Assembly (NCBI GenBank): GCA_035857655.1
Contig: DASSGI010000283.1
Coordinates: 1 to 38,143, forward strand
DNA: 38,143 nucleotides
Source of the DNA: Casimicrobiaceae bacterium
GTDB lineage: Bacteria > Pseudomonadota > Gammaproteobacteria > Burkholderiales > Casimicrobiaceae
Direction of reading: 5' to 3'
Of the stretch, positions 17,501 to 25,068 are shown piece by piece (the stretch's first letter is position 1; the number at the start of each line of letters is the position of its first letter). A program made the translations under genes and the position numbers. The notes beneath the pieces are model-generated. The model made no database searches, was not told where the DNA came from, and was given only the letters and a program-made list of their open reading frames with translations.

Positions 17501-18248
17501 GCAGATAGGCGACGTACTCTTTGAGCGGCAGCGCGTCGACATCGATGTCGATCGCGGCCTCGTGGCTTTCGGCGAACGGCGTCGTCGTCCCGCCGAGCGC
17601 AAAGTGCGATCCATCGAATGCGCCTTCGAGGCGCGGCATCACGCGAATCTCCGCCTGGTACGGCAGCGACGACAGGAACGGGATCCCGATCGCGAGCTTG
17701 TCGACGCGATGCTTGGTGGAAGTCGTGCCATCGTCGAACGCGACCGAGCCGTCGTCGATTTCGATGTTATTGATCGAAAAGCTCGGCGGCGGGCCTTCGG
17801 GCGCGGCCAGCGCCTCGTCGATCAGGTCCTGCATGCTGTAGCGTCCGTTGCGATCGCGCGCGAACGAGACGGCCGGGCGCACGAGCTTCACGGCATCGAA
17901 CACCGGCGCGCGGCGCCACAGCGACGCCGAGGACACATCGGCGACGAGCTCGTCGACCGCGAACAGCGGGGCGGCTGCACTCGGGTCCGCGATCGCGACC
18001 TTCCGCAGCGTAAGCCGCAGCGAAAACGGATCGAACTCGGCCGCCTCGATGGTCGTCTTCCGGCCGAGCGCCTCGGTGAGCCGCGACTCGAGCTGGCTGC
18101 GGACGATTGGCGGGACCGCGAGCCAGGCGACGACGATCAACGCGGCGATCGCGCCGAGCGTGATCGCGAGACGCACGATCCACGCGCGGGGCGGCAGAAA
18201 CCGTGATCGTGCCGGTGTTTCTGTGGGCGTGACGAAAGCTGGCGACAC
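14577..18248 (-). CDS. large DUF748 domain / AsmA-like envelope protein (1223 aa)
   Basis: N-terminal TM anchor (LAITLGAIAALIVVAWLAV) followed by more than 1000 aa of beta-rich repetitive architecture (e.g. LTLRKVAIAD, IEIDDGSVAFDD, GKLTFDVHYRV). This is the only coherent frame; the overlapping 692-aa and 429-aa ORFs are Arg/Asp-rich shadows. Confidence 0.85.
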   Translation of the reverse strand: MSPAFVTPTETPARSRFLPPRAWIVRLAITLGAIAALIVVAWLAVPPIVRSQLESRLTEALGRKTTIEAAEFDPFSLRLTLRKVAIADPSAAAPLFAVDELVADVSSASLWRRAPVFDAVKLVRPAVSFARDRNGRYSMQDLIDEALAAPEGPPPSFSINNIEIDDGSVAFDDGTTSTKHRVDKLAIGIPFLSSLPYQAEIRVMPRLEGAFDGSHFALGGTTTPFAESHEAAIDIDVDALPLKEYVAYLPTKPRINVADGALTTRLKVVFVDGKPEERKLELRGDARLDGLALARRDGSSLAAANRISVVLDRVDLFGRDIRVASLALDAPAVDLKRLQDGAFELAQPLFESAPAAVRRDGQTASGAGAAAGSGTTDKPWSVTVAKTTLTRGKLALVDETSTFRSTLVDVAVDATNLSTKKGEKSHVALSFVSDDRIATFKGEADVEPLVPAATGNFELTKFSLGLLFPYYKDVLAVDVQKGSLDLAGRFALLADGNLKLSEGAATITALAFAYPGNRQPFWSFPAVTGRGIELDLHDRKVNVAEFMSRDAVMKIARERTGSIDVARLMKTTETTGTSKDESTWTLAFGKFMFERASIDLEDRVPEPNVKLAIRDLALDATNYSNARGAKSTTTVRARVGQHGRFAWKGSLATNPVAFSGQLDVSGLDLVTVRPYVESHANVSLTAGALAAKGAIAVAFPERAPATATWKGNVAVTDFAALDKPTASDLLRWKRLALDDVDVATEPFRLSIGRVGAEDYFARAIVYQDGSLNLTRLLTPGKEPEPPPDAKPAAAPAPVTREALPVTIGKVELARGNVNFSDFFVRPNYSANLTDVTGTVTTMSSEQAGDIEIAARVDRTAPVEVSGRIHPFAKELSLDIKAKARDVDLPPLTPYSVKYAGYGIEKGKLTFDVHYRVENRKLTAENRLVLDQLTFNPQRIDSATATKLPVLLAVALLKDVNGVIDIQLPIAGSLDDPKFSVGGLIIQVIVNLLTKAVTAPFALLGAVFGHGEELSTIPFAPGSAALDAEAQKRVDTLGKALGDRPALKLDIGGRVDPDADREALRHATVVTAMKREKMKSLAASGSAPASVDEVTIGADERVRWLTAAYRESSIKDRPRNVIGLLKEIPPEEMEAILLADAKVDDDALRLLANARAQSVKDGLTAKNIPGERLFLTVPRLSAERAAPAVGTARQGGAAPAPDAGAANTNATPPTTLSRVDLALR

Positions 18249-18396
18249 GCGTACCTCTTGCGCGTCAATCTCGGTTGGTCGATTCTAGTCGCCCTGCGCC
18301 GCGTCAACAACAAGCTCGGTTCACGATCGTGGTGAAGTGCTGCAATCGCACGCTCGTGCAACTTGTCTGCTTCCGTTCGACGGGCGAAGCGTACGC

Positions 18397-18780
18397 ATGA
18401 ATGTCAGTCAACTGAAACGGTATTGCCGCGCGTTTCCGAGCGCCGCCGAGACACTCTACGGCGAGCCCTGGAATTTTCTCGTCTATACGATCGGCGGCAG
18501 GAAATTCGCCTATTTCAAGACGAGCGAGCCGGAGCGCTGGCGTTTCAGCATGAAGGTCGCGCCCGATCGCTTCATCGAGTTGACGGATGTTCCGGGCGTG
18601 AAACCTGCGAGGTATCGAGGTCGATATGGCTGGGTCACGATCGTCAACGTATCCGCCTTCCCTGGCGGCTATCTCGAGGAGCTCGTCGGATGGTCGTACC
18701 GATGGGTGTTCGCGTCGCTCAGCAGGGCCCGCCAGGCCGCGCTTCGGGCGGATGCGCCGTCGACGCTCGCGAGCAAGTGA
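18397..18780 (+). CDS. MmcQ/YjbR family DNA-binding protein
   Basis: LKRYCRAFPSAAETLYGEPWNFLVYTIGGRKFAYF...RYGWVTI. Start taken at the internal ATG 18397 of track ORF 18337. Confidence 0.8.
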   Translation: MNVSQLKRYCRAFPSAAETLYGEPWNFLVYTIGGRKFAYFKTSEPERWRFSMKVAPDRFIELTDVPGVKPARYRGRYGWVTIVNVSAFPGGYLEELVGWSYRWVFASLSRARQAALRADAPSTLASK

Positions 18781-18851
18781 CCATGGCGACGAATGCGGTC
18801 GACCCGGCGCAATCGTTGCGTGTCGTCGACGCGCTACTCGGGGCGCAGTAG

Positions 18852-20072
18852 ATGCTCTACGACCCGGGACGGCACGAACCGCTGCTCACGCTGCGCTGGA
18901 ATGAAAGCGAGGCTCGCGCGGCGATCGAGCGCATCGTCGTCGATACCGAGGCGCGATTCACCGAGGATCGATATTGGCCGCTGCACCCGCTCGACTGGGA
19001 CGGCAGAGGCGAACGCGACCGCATCGAAACGTCGTTGTACGACGGCGCCTGCGGCGTGTTCTGGGCGTTGCACTACCTCGAGGCGCAATCGGTCGTCGGC
19101 CTCGCGCGGAGCTACGCGTCGGAGCTGGAGCGACTGCTGGGGCGCAATCGCGTCCGGCTCGGTCCGTCGGCGCAGCGCGAGCGGGCTTCGTTCCTGTTCG
19201 GCGAGACGCCGATCCGAATGATGTCTCTTGCGTTCGAGCCGACCGATGCCACGGCGAGCGAGCTCGCTGCGCTCATCGCTGGCAATGCAGAGCATCCGGC
19301 GCGCGAGCTAATGTGGGGTGCGCCGGGAACGCTGCTCGCCGCGCTCTTCCTGTACGAGCGCACTGGCGACGGGCGATGGGCAGATCTCTTTCGTTCGACG
19401 GCCGACACGCTCTGGAGCCAGCTCGAGTGGTCGCCTCGTCATCGGTGCTCGTATTGGGTCCAGGACCTCTATGGCCGGCGATGCGCTTATCTCGACGCCG
19501 TGCATGGCTTCGTTGCGACTGCGTTGCCGCTCGTGCGCGGGCGGAACCTGCTCGAAGCCGGGCGATGGTCCGCCTGGGAGCGCTGCATCGTCGACACCGT
19601 GCAGCGCACGGCAGATCGCGTCGGACCGCACGTCAACTGGCGGCCCGAGCTCGAGGTTACGGGATATCGTCAGAAGATGCTGATGCAGTTCTGCCATGGC
19701 GCGCCCGGCTTCGTCATCTGCTTGGCCGGCCTGCCAAGCGCGGAGATCGACGATCTGCTGCTTGCCGCCGGAGAAACGATCTGGGCAGCGGGACCGCTCA
19801 CCAAAGGCTCCAACCTTTGCCACGGCACCGGCGGCAACGGTTACGCGTTTCTGAAGCTCTACCAGCGCAGGCGCGACGCGCGATGGCTCGATCGAGCGCG
19901 CGCCTTTGCGATGCACGGCATCGCTCAGATGGAGCAGGCGGCCCTGCGTTGGGGGCAGTTGCGGTACTCTTTGTGGACGGGCGACCCGGGATTCGCGATC
20001 TACCTCGGCGATTGCATACGAGGGGAAGCGCGTTTCCCGACGCTCGATGTCTTCTTCGGAGCGAACGCGTGA
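18852..20072 (+). CDS. LanC-like (lanthionine synthetase C-like) protein
   Basis: Alpha-toroid GxxG-type repeats (YDGACGVFWAL, WGAPGTLLAAL). Candidate Zn ligands FCHGAPG and LCHGTGGNGYAFLKLY. C-terminal SLWTGDPGFAIYL. Confidence 0.85.
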   Translation: MLYDPGRHEPLLTLRWNESEARAAIERIVVDTEARFTEDRYWPLHPLDWDGRGERDRIETSLYDGACGVFWALHYLEAQSVVGLARSYASELERLLGRNRVRLGPSAQRERASFLFGETPIRMMSLAFEPTDATASELAALIAGNAEHPARELMWGAPGTLLAALFLYERTGDGRWADLFRSTADTLWSQLEWSPRHRCSYWVQDLYGRRCAYLDAVHGFVATALPLVRGRNLLEAGRWSAWERCIVDTVQRTADRVGPHVNWRPELEVTGYRQKMLMQFCHGAPGFVICLAGLPSAEIDDLLLAAGETIWAAGPLTKGSNLCHGTGGNGYAFLKLYQRRRDARWLDRARAFAMHGIAQMEQAALRWGQLRYSLWTGDPGFAIYLGDCIRGEARFPTLDVFFGANA

Positions 20073-20135
20073 CGAACCGTACGTCGACACGCTCCAGGCA
20101 ATCCGGATCTTTTGCGACCATTGGGGGATCAGGTC

Positions 20136-20732
20136 ATGCTCAAGTCGTGGGCCGTGCTCATTTTTGCGGGCGTCGCCGGCGTTTTCGCCATCGGCAACAC
20201 GACGGCAGCCGCGCAGAGTGCGGGGACGCCGCAGACGAAAGCCACGTCGCTCACGTTCGGCGGGAAAGCGTACGTGCATCGGTGGTCCAGGAATGGCCAG
20301 AACGAATACACGCAGCCGAGCGAACCGGATCTCGATCGCTGGCGCGACATGGTCACGCTCAACGTCAACGAATCGGTGCACGACGGCGACCAGCTCGCCG
20401 CCATGGCCAATTCGATCCTCGCGAACTACGAGAAGCACGGCAAGATCGTGCGCACCGACTCGAAGCCGCGGACGCCGCAGCACCCCGCCGAGCACCTGAT
20501 CGTGGCTCTGCTGGGCAATGCGAACCTTCTGGAAGCCGCGTTCGCCCGGGTGATGCTGATCGACGGCATCGGAGTCGTCGCCGTCTATTCGCACCGGGTT
20601 TACGGCAAGGACGCCGCCGCGCCGATGGGCGAGTGGCTGCAGACCAATGGGCCGACGATCGAGAAGACGCTGATGAGCTGGGACAAGATCCCGTCGCCAG
20701 CCGCATTGAAACAATTGCCGCAGAGCCGATAG
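20136..20732 (+). CDS. secreted hypothetical protein (198 aa)
   Basis: Signal peptide MLKSWAVLIFAGVAGVFAIGNTTAAAQ after a GGGGA RBS. No Cys residues. No family recognised. Confidence 0.65.
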   Translation: MLKSWAVLIFAGVAGVFAIGNTTAAAQSAGTPQTKATSLTFGGKAYVHRWSRNGQNEYTQPSEPDLDRWRDMVTLNVNESVHDGDQLAAMANSILANYEKHGKIVRTDSKPRTPQHPAEHLIVALLGNANLLEAAFARVMLIDGIGVVAVYSHRVYGKDAAAPMGEWLQTNGPTIEKTLMSWDKIPSPAALKQLPQSR

Positions 20733-20827
20733 AGCGGCGCTCCGCATCGCAGGCTCACGTCAGGGCGCCCGCATCGAAGTATCATCGCGCTGATGGCCAT
20801 TTCGACAATTCGCGAGAAACGACGGCA

Positions 20828-21628
20828 ATGACGCTCAGGGTGTGTGTCGCAGGGGCGACGGGCTGGGCGGGCTCCGCGCTCGCGCGGTCGATCGCGAAAG
20901 CGCCGGATCTGGAGCTCGTCGCCGCGATCGCCCGTAAGCACGCGGGACAAGCGCTCGGCGACGTGCTGGGGGAACCGCGGCTGACGGCGCGCGTTCATGC
21001 TTCGGCTGCCGAGGCGCTGCGCGAGCCCTGCGACGTCTTCGTCGAGTACACCAAGCCGGACGTCGCCAGGAGCAATATCGTTTGCGCTCTGGAACGCGGC
21101 GCGCACGTCGTCGTCGGCACCTCCGGGCTCACCGACGACGATTACGTGCAGATCGACGCGGTTGCGCGAAAGCAGAAACGAGGCGTGCTCGCCTGCGGCA
21201 ACTTCGCGCTGACGGCGGTGCTGCTGCAAAAGTTCTCCGAAGCCGCGTCGCGGCTGATTCCGCAATGGGAAATCATCGACTACGCGCACGACGACAAGGT
21301 CGATGCTCCGAGTGGAACCGTGCGCGAGCTCGCGTATCGATTGTCGAAGGACCGTGCGCCGGAACCCACGGTGCCCGTCGCGCAGACGGTCGGTCCCCGT
21401 GAAGCGCGGGGCGCCACGGTGTCGGGATCGCAGGTGCACTCCATTCGGCTGCCGAGTTATGTGATCAGCGCCGAGGTCGTCTTCGGAATGCCGGGTCAGA
21501 GGCTCACGATCCGTCACGACTCCGGAACCAGCGCGGAGCCGTATGCCGAGGGCGCGCTGCTCGCGATCCGGAAGGTTTCAGGGCTCGTCGGCGTGCACCG
21601 CGGCCTCGATTCGGTGCTCGAGCTTTGA
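20828..21628 (+). CDS. dihydrodipicolinate reductase (DapB)-like oxidoreductase, divergent paralogue
   Basis: N-terminal Rossmann motif VCVAGATGWAGSAL, GTSGL, and DYAHDDKVDAPSGTV (canonical E-x-H-H-x-x-K-x-DAPSGTA). Only the last 266 codons of track ORF 18974..21628 are protein-like. Confidence 0.8.
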   Translation: MTLRVCVAGATGWAGSALARSIAKAPDLELVAAIARKHAGQALGDVLGEPRLTARVHASAAEALREPCDVFVEYTKPDVARSNIVCALERGAHVVVGTSGLTDDDYVQIDAVARKQKRGVLACGNFALTAVLLQKFSEAASRLIPQWEIIDYAHDDKVDAPSGTVRELAYRLSKDRAPEPTVPVAQTVGPREARGATVSGSQVHSIRLPSYVISAEVVFGMPGQRLTIRHDSGTSAEPYAEGALLAIRKVSGLVGVHRGLDSVLEL

Positions 21629-21737
21629 TGCGCCGACAGCCGTTCATCGCAGTTGCACGTCATCTCGACGAGTGCGGCGCACATCTCGACGAGCGCGTGA
21701 TGAATCGAGCAGAGCCGTCTTGAACATCTCGCTGCGC

Positions 21738-21950
21738 ATGGCAATGATGATGAGCGCGGTCTTCGGAGCGCTCAGTATCGGCTACGCGGTGTACGGGTTC
21801 ATGTCGCTCGGCGAGATCACGGACCCGGCGCAGGCGGCGGACGCGCGTGGATTCGTGCTGTTCTGGACGTTCCTCGGATCGATCGCCATCGTTCTGGGCA
21901 TGCTCGCGTGGTGGATCGAGCGCGCCCAACGCAAGGAGAACAAGAGCTGA
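21738..21950 (+). CDS. small two-TM membrane protein (70 aa)
   Basis: MAMMMSAVFGALSIGYAVYGF ... FVLFWTFLGSIAIVLGMLAWW. The start is uncertain. Confidence 0.5.
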   Translation: MAMMMSAVFGALSIGYAVYGFMSLGEITDPAQAADARGFVLFWTFLGSIAIVLGMLAWWIERAQRKENKS

Positions 21951-21972
21951 GGGAGCGGAGGAAGCCCGACCA

Positions 21973-22365
21973 ATGACGATTCAACTCGATCACACGATCG
22001 TGCCGTCGCGGGACAAGGTCGCCGCCGCGAAACTCCTCGGCGAGCTTCTCGGCGTTCCATGGGCGCCGTCGGGGATCGGGCCGTTCGCGCCGGTCTACGT
22101 GAACGACGGGCTGACGCTCGACTTCATCGACACCGAGGAGCATTTCCCGATCTATCATTTCTGCTTCCGCGTGTCGCAACAGGACTTCGACGCGATCCTC
22201 GGGCGGATCAAGGCGGCCGGGATCAGATTCCGCAGCACCGTTCACGGCCCGTGGGACATGAAGATCGACACGCAATTCGGCGGCAGCGGCGTTTACTGGA
22301 ACGAGCCGGACGGTCACTACTGGGAGATGCTGACCGTCAGCTACGCGCGGCAGCCGAGTCGCTAG
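21973..22365 (+). CDS. VOC (glyoxalase/bleomycin resistance/dioxygenase) family protein
   Basis: LDHTIVPSRDK...HFCFRV...VYWNEPDGHYWEML. The ATG follows GGAGGAAG. Confidence 0.8.
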   Translation: MTIQLDHTIVPSRDKVAAAKLLGELLGVPWAPSGIGPFAPVYVNDGLTLDFIDTEEHFPIYHFCFRVSQQDFDAILGRIKAAGIRFRSTVHGPWDMKIDTQFGGSGVYWNEPDGHYWEMLTVSYARQPSR

Positions 22366-22408
22366 TCGGCGGACCGCCACCCTTTCCGTCCATTCGAACA
22401 GCACCAAC

Positions 22409-22843
22409 GTGCCCTCGCCCCGGACCATCCACGGGAAGTGCCACTGCGGCAATATCGCGTTCGCGCTCGACTGGCCCGGCGATTCCACGGAGATTCCGGC
22501 GCGTGCCTGCGGCTGCACTTTCTGCGTCAAGCACGGCGGGGTGTGGACGTCGAATCCGAACGCGCGGCTCGCCGTCACGATCCGCGATCCGGCGCTCGTG
22601 TCGCCGTATGCGTTCGGCACGCGGACCGCGACGTTTCATGTCTGCTCGCAGTGCGGCGCCGTGCCGGTCGTCACCAGCGAAATCGACGGCCACACCTACG
22701 CGGTCGTCAACGTCAACGTGCTCGAGGGCGTGGAACCGTCGGCGCTGCGTCGCGCCTCGTCGAATTTCGACGGCGAAGACGTCAACTCCCGTCTCGGACG
22801 CAGGAAGCGCAACTGGATCGCCGACGTTCGAATTTGGACATAA
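22409..22843 (+). CDS. GFA (glutathione-dependent formaldehyde-activating / CENP-V) family protein
   Basis: Cys motifs CHCGN ... CGCTFC ... CSQCG. Confidence 0.75.
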   Translation: MPSPRTIHGKCHCGNIAFALDWPGDSTEIPARACGCTFCVKHGGVWTSNPNARLAVTIRDPALVSPYAFGTRTATFHVCSQCGAVPVVTSEIDGHTYAVVNVNVLEGVEPSALRRASSNFDGEDVNSRLGRRKRNWIADVRIWT

Positions 22844-22896
22844 GCGCTTTCGTCATTGAAAACACTCCAATGAAGCGCCGCGACGTTCGGGCTATT

Positions 22897-23100
22897 TCAC
22901 TTTCCGGATGTCATCGCTTCGAGGCGCCCTCTGAGCAGACCTACGCGTGTAAGCAAGTTCACGGCAAAGAGATCCGCTTCGGTGTTGAGCTCCATCAGCA
23001 TGGGACCATGCTCGGTTACCACGACGTCCCAGTTCTGCAGGTTGAGCCCGGGAAAATGATTGGCAGCTGAGGTACACAGATTCAGCAATTCCTGCCACAT
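22897..23100 (-). pseudogene. probable C-terminal remnant of an ATP-grasp (sugar-transfer-associated type) gene
   Basis: The 67-aa ORF ...HFPGLNLQNWDVVVTEHGPMLMELNTEADLF... resembles the last about 65 residues of ATP-grasp enzymes, with no upstream domain. It is the only minus-strand ORF here and lies in a visibly lower-GC spacer. Confidence 0.35.
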
Positions 23101-23130
23101 CGCTACAGAGCAAGAGCACGAGCTTGGAAC

Positions 23131-23592
23131 ATGGGTCGGGATTCAGCAATGCTTGTACGCGCTTACGCGGATCGCGATTTCGACGATCTCGTTGCGCGAT
23201 GGCACGAAACCAACCTGGTGAGCTTTCCCTATGTCGAGGAGCGAATGGGGCACACGCTCGACGACGCGAGGACGTTCTTCCGCGAGAAGATTCTGACCGC
23301 ATGCGCGGTCCGGGTCGCCGAGGAATCGGGGAAACTCGTCGGCTTCATCGCGGTGGAGCCTCCGTGGATCCGGCAGTTCTCCGTTTTTCCCGAGCATCAG
23401 CGTCGCGGCATCGGGACGGCGTTACTCGCGAAGGCGCGCGAGTGCTCGCCGGCAGAATTGCGTCTGTTCACGTTTCAGCGCAACGGCAAGGCGCGCGCGT
23501 TCTACGAAAAGCACGGCTTTCACATCGTGGCGCTCGGCGTGAGCCCCGCTCCGGAGCTCGAGCCGGACGTCGAGTACCGCTGGATCGCCTAG
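23131..23592 (+). CDS. GNAT family N-acetyltransferase
   Basis: Motif A: FSVFPEHQRRGIGTALLAKA...FYEKHGF. Confidence 0.85.
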   Translation: MGRDSAMLVRAYADRDFDDLVARWHETNLVSFPYVEERMGHTLDDARTFFREKILTACAVRVAEESGKLVGFIAVEPPWIRQFSVFPEHQRRGIGTALLAKARECSPAELRLFTFQRNGKARAFYEKHGFHIVALGVSPAPELEPDVEYRWIA

Positions 23593-23617
23593 CCGGGCGA
23601 AGGAGACTCGCTTAAGC

Positions 23618-24130
23618 ATGATCTTCCGTGGCCGCTACACGGCGCAGATCGACGGCCCGTTCGTCGTCTTCCTGATCGGCATGCGCGTCAACAAGCTGTT
23701 GCGCGTCGGCAAATGGTTGCCCGTGGCGCGCGCGATGCCTGCGATGATCGGGCAATTGCTCGCGCATCGCGACCTCGGGCTCCTCCATGCCCAGGCGCTG
23801 ATCTACTGGCGCGGCGCCGCGCTCGTTCAATACTGGCGTTCGTTCGAGCAGCTCGAGCGCTTTGCTCGCGATCCGTCACTCGCCCATCTCGATGCGTGGA
23901 AGCGCTTCAATCGGGCTGTCGGTGCCGATGGCAGCGTCGGCATCTGGCACGAGACCTATCTCGTCGAAGCAGGGCGCTACGAATGCGTCTACGGGAACAT
24001 GCCGAGATTCGGGCTCGCCGTCGCGGGCGAGCACCTGCCGGCGGTGGGTACGCGCGAAACGGCCAAGCGCCGGCTCGGTCTCCAGGGTGAGCCCGCCGTC
24101 GCGTCGTACGACAACCCGCCGCAGCAGTGA
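23618..24130 (+). CDS. DUF4188 domain-containing protein
   Basis: FVVFLIGMRVNKLLRVGKWLPVARAMPAM...YWRSFEQLERFARDP..H..AWKRFN...GIWHETY. Confidence 0.8.
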   Translation: MIFRGRYTAQIDGPFVVFLIGMRVNKLLRVGKWLPVARAMPAMIGQLLAHRDLGLLHAQALIYWRGAALVQYWRSFEQLERFARDPSLAHLDAWKRFNRAVGADGSVGIWHETYLVEAGRYECVYGNMPRFGLAVAGEHLPAVGTRETAKRRLGLQGEPAVASYDNPPQQ

Positions 24131-24192
24131 CTCGCCGTGCCGTAGCAAAGGGCTAGAATCGACGGGCGCCCAGCATTGGCACGGAGGCCTCG

Positions 24193-24696
24193 ATGCCGCA
24201 GCAGTTCCATCTCGCCCAGATCAACATCGGACGTATCCGCGCGCCGCTCGAAGATCCTCTTCTCGCTGGATTCGTCGCGCGACTCGACGACGTGAATGCG
24301 TTGGCCGATGCCGCGCCGGGATTCGTCTGGCGCTTGCAGACCGACGCCGGCGACGCAACGGCGCTCCGTCCGTACGACGACGATCGAATATTGGTCAATC
24401 TGTCGGTCTGGCAGAGCCCCGAGCACCTGCGCGCGTTCGTCTATCGCAGCGCGCACACGGAGGTCATGCGGCAGCGCAGGTCGTGGTTCGAGCGCTTCGA
24501 CGGCGCGTACTACGCGTTGTGGTGGGTGCCGGCCGGGCACATTCCGTCGGTCGACGAGGCGAAGGAGCGCCTCGAACGCCTGCGGACGCGCGACGAGAGC
24601 CCGGAAGCGTTCTCGTTCGCGAAGCTCTTTCCGCCGCCCGGCGCGGCGGATGCGCCTCCGACGCTCGGATTCGCCGATCCCTGCCCTTCCACCTGA
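24193..24696 (+). CDS. DUF3291 domain-containing protein
   Basis: HLAQINIGRIRAPLEDPLLAGFVARLDDVNALADAAPGFVWRLQ...NLSVWQSPEHLRAFVYRSAH. Confidence 0.8.
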   Translation: MPQQFHLAQINIGRIRAPLEDPLLAGFVARLDDVNALADAAPGFVWRLQTDAGDATALRPYDDDRILVNLSVWQSPEHLRAFVYRSAHTEVMRQRRSWFERFDGAYYALWWVPAGHIPSVDEAKERLERLRTRDESPEAFSFAKLFPPPGAADAPPTLGFADPCPST

Positions 24697-24721
24697 CCCT
24701 TCGCGCAAGAAGGAAGCGGCC

Positions 24722-25045
24722 TTGCAAACGCTCGTTCAGGTGATCTGCACGCCGGGCGGAAGTGTCCGCGATGCGATCGCGAACGACGTGAAGCTCGACG
24801 CCCATCACTTCGAGATCCTCTACGAGCACAAGCCCGGACGCTCGCCCGGATGGACGAAGCTGCGCAGCCGCGCGATCGGCCGCCGCGGAACCATCAACAT
24901 TCAATGGAACAGTGCGACCAAGGTTCTTTCGTGTCGCGTCGTGAACAAGGGTGCGGGGAAACCCAATCTCATCATCGGCGATTTCGTTCTGTACCTGCTT
25001 CAGCGCCACCGGCGCCGCATCCGCCTCATCAACGTGCTGCCATAA
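24722..25045 (+). CDS. hypothetical protein (107 aa)
   Basis: TTG start 6 nt after GAAGGAAG. Protein-like tail of track ORF 24296..25045 (QTLVQVICTPGG...IIGDFVLYLLQRH). No family recognised. Confidence 0.5.
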   Translation: MQTLVQVICTPGGSVRDAIANDVKLDAHHFEILYEHKPGRSPGWTKLRSRAIGRRGTINIQWNSATKVLSCRVVNKGAGKPNLIIGDFVLYLLQRHRRRIRLINVLP

Positions 25046-25068
25046 GTGTCGTCATCGAGGATCCTGCC

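Noticed and set aside
18852-20732. Lanthipeptide biosynthetic cluster
   Set aside because: No dehydratase, no Cys/Ser/Thr-rich precursor ORF and no export or protease gene. The adjacent secreted protein has no Cys. A stand-alone LanCL-type role is more plausible.
20736-20779. Imperfect direct repeat GGCGC(T)CCGCATCG(C)A(A)G x2 upstream of the DapB-like gene
   Set aside because: Only about 14 of 16 positions match, with an indel, and the GC-rich composition makes chance similarity likely. No adjacent credible -35/-10 pair.
18974-20827. N-terminal 618 codons of the 884-aa ORF 18974..21628
   Set aside because: Runs in an alternate frame across the LanC-like and secreted-protein genes with Arg/Ala-rich composition. 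Only the last 266 codons (DapB-like, from ATG 20828) are protein-like.
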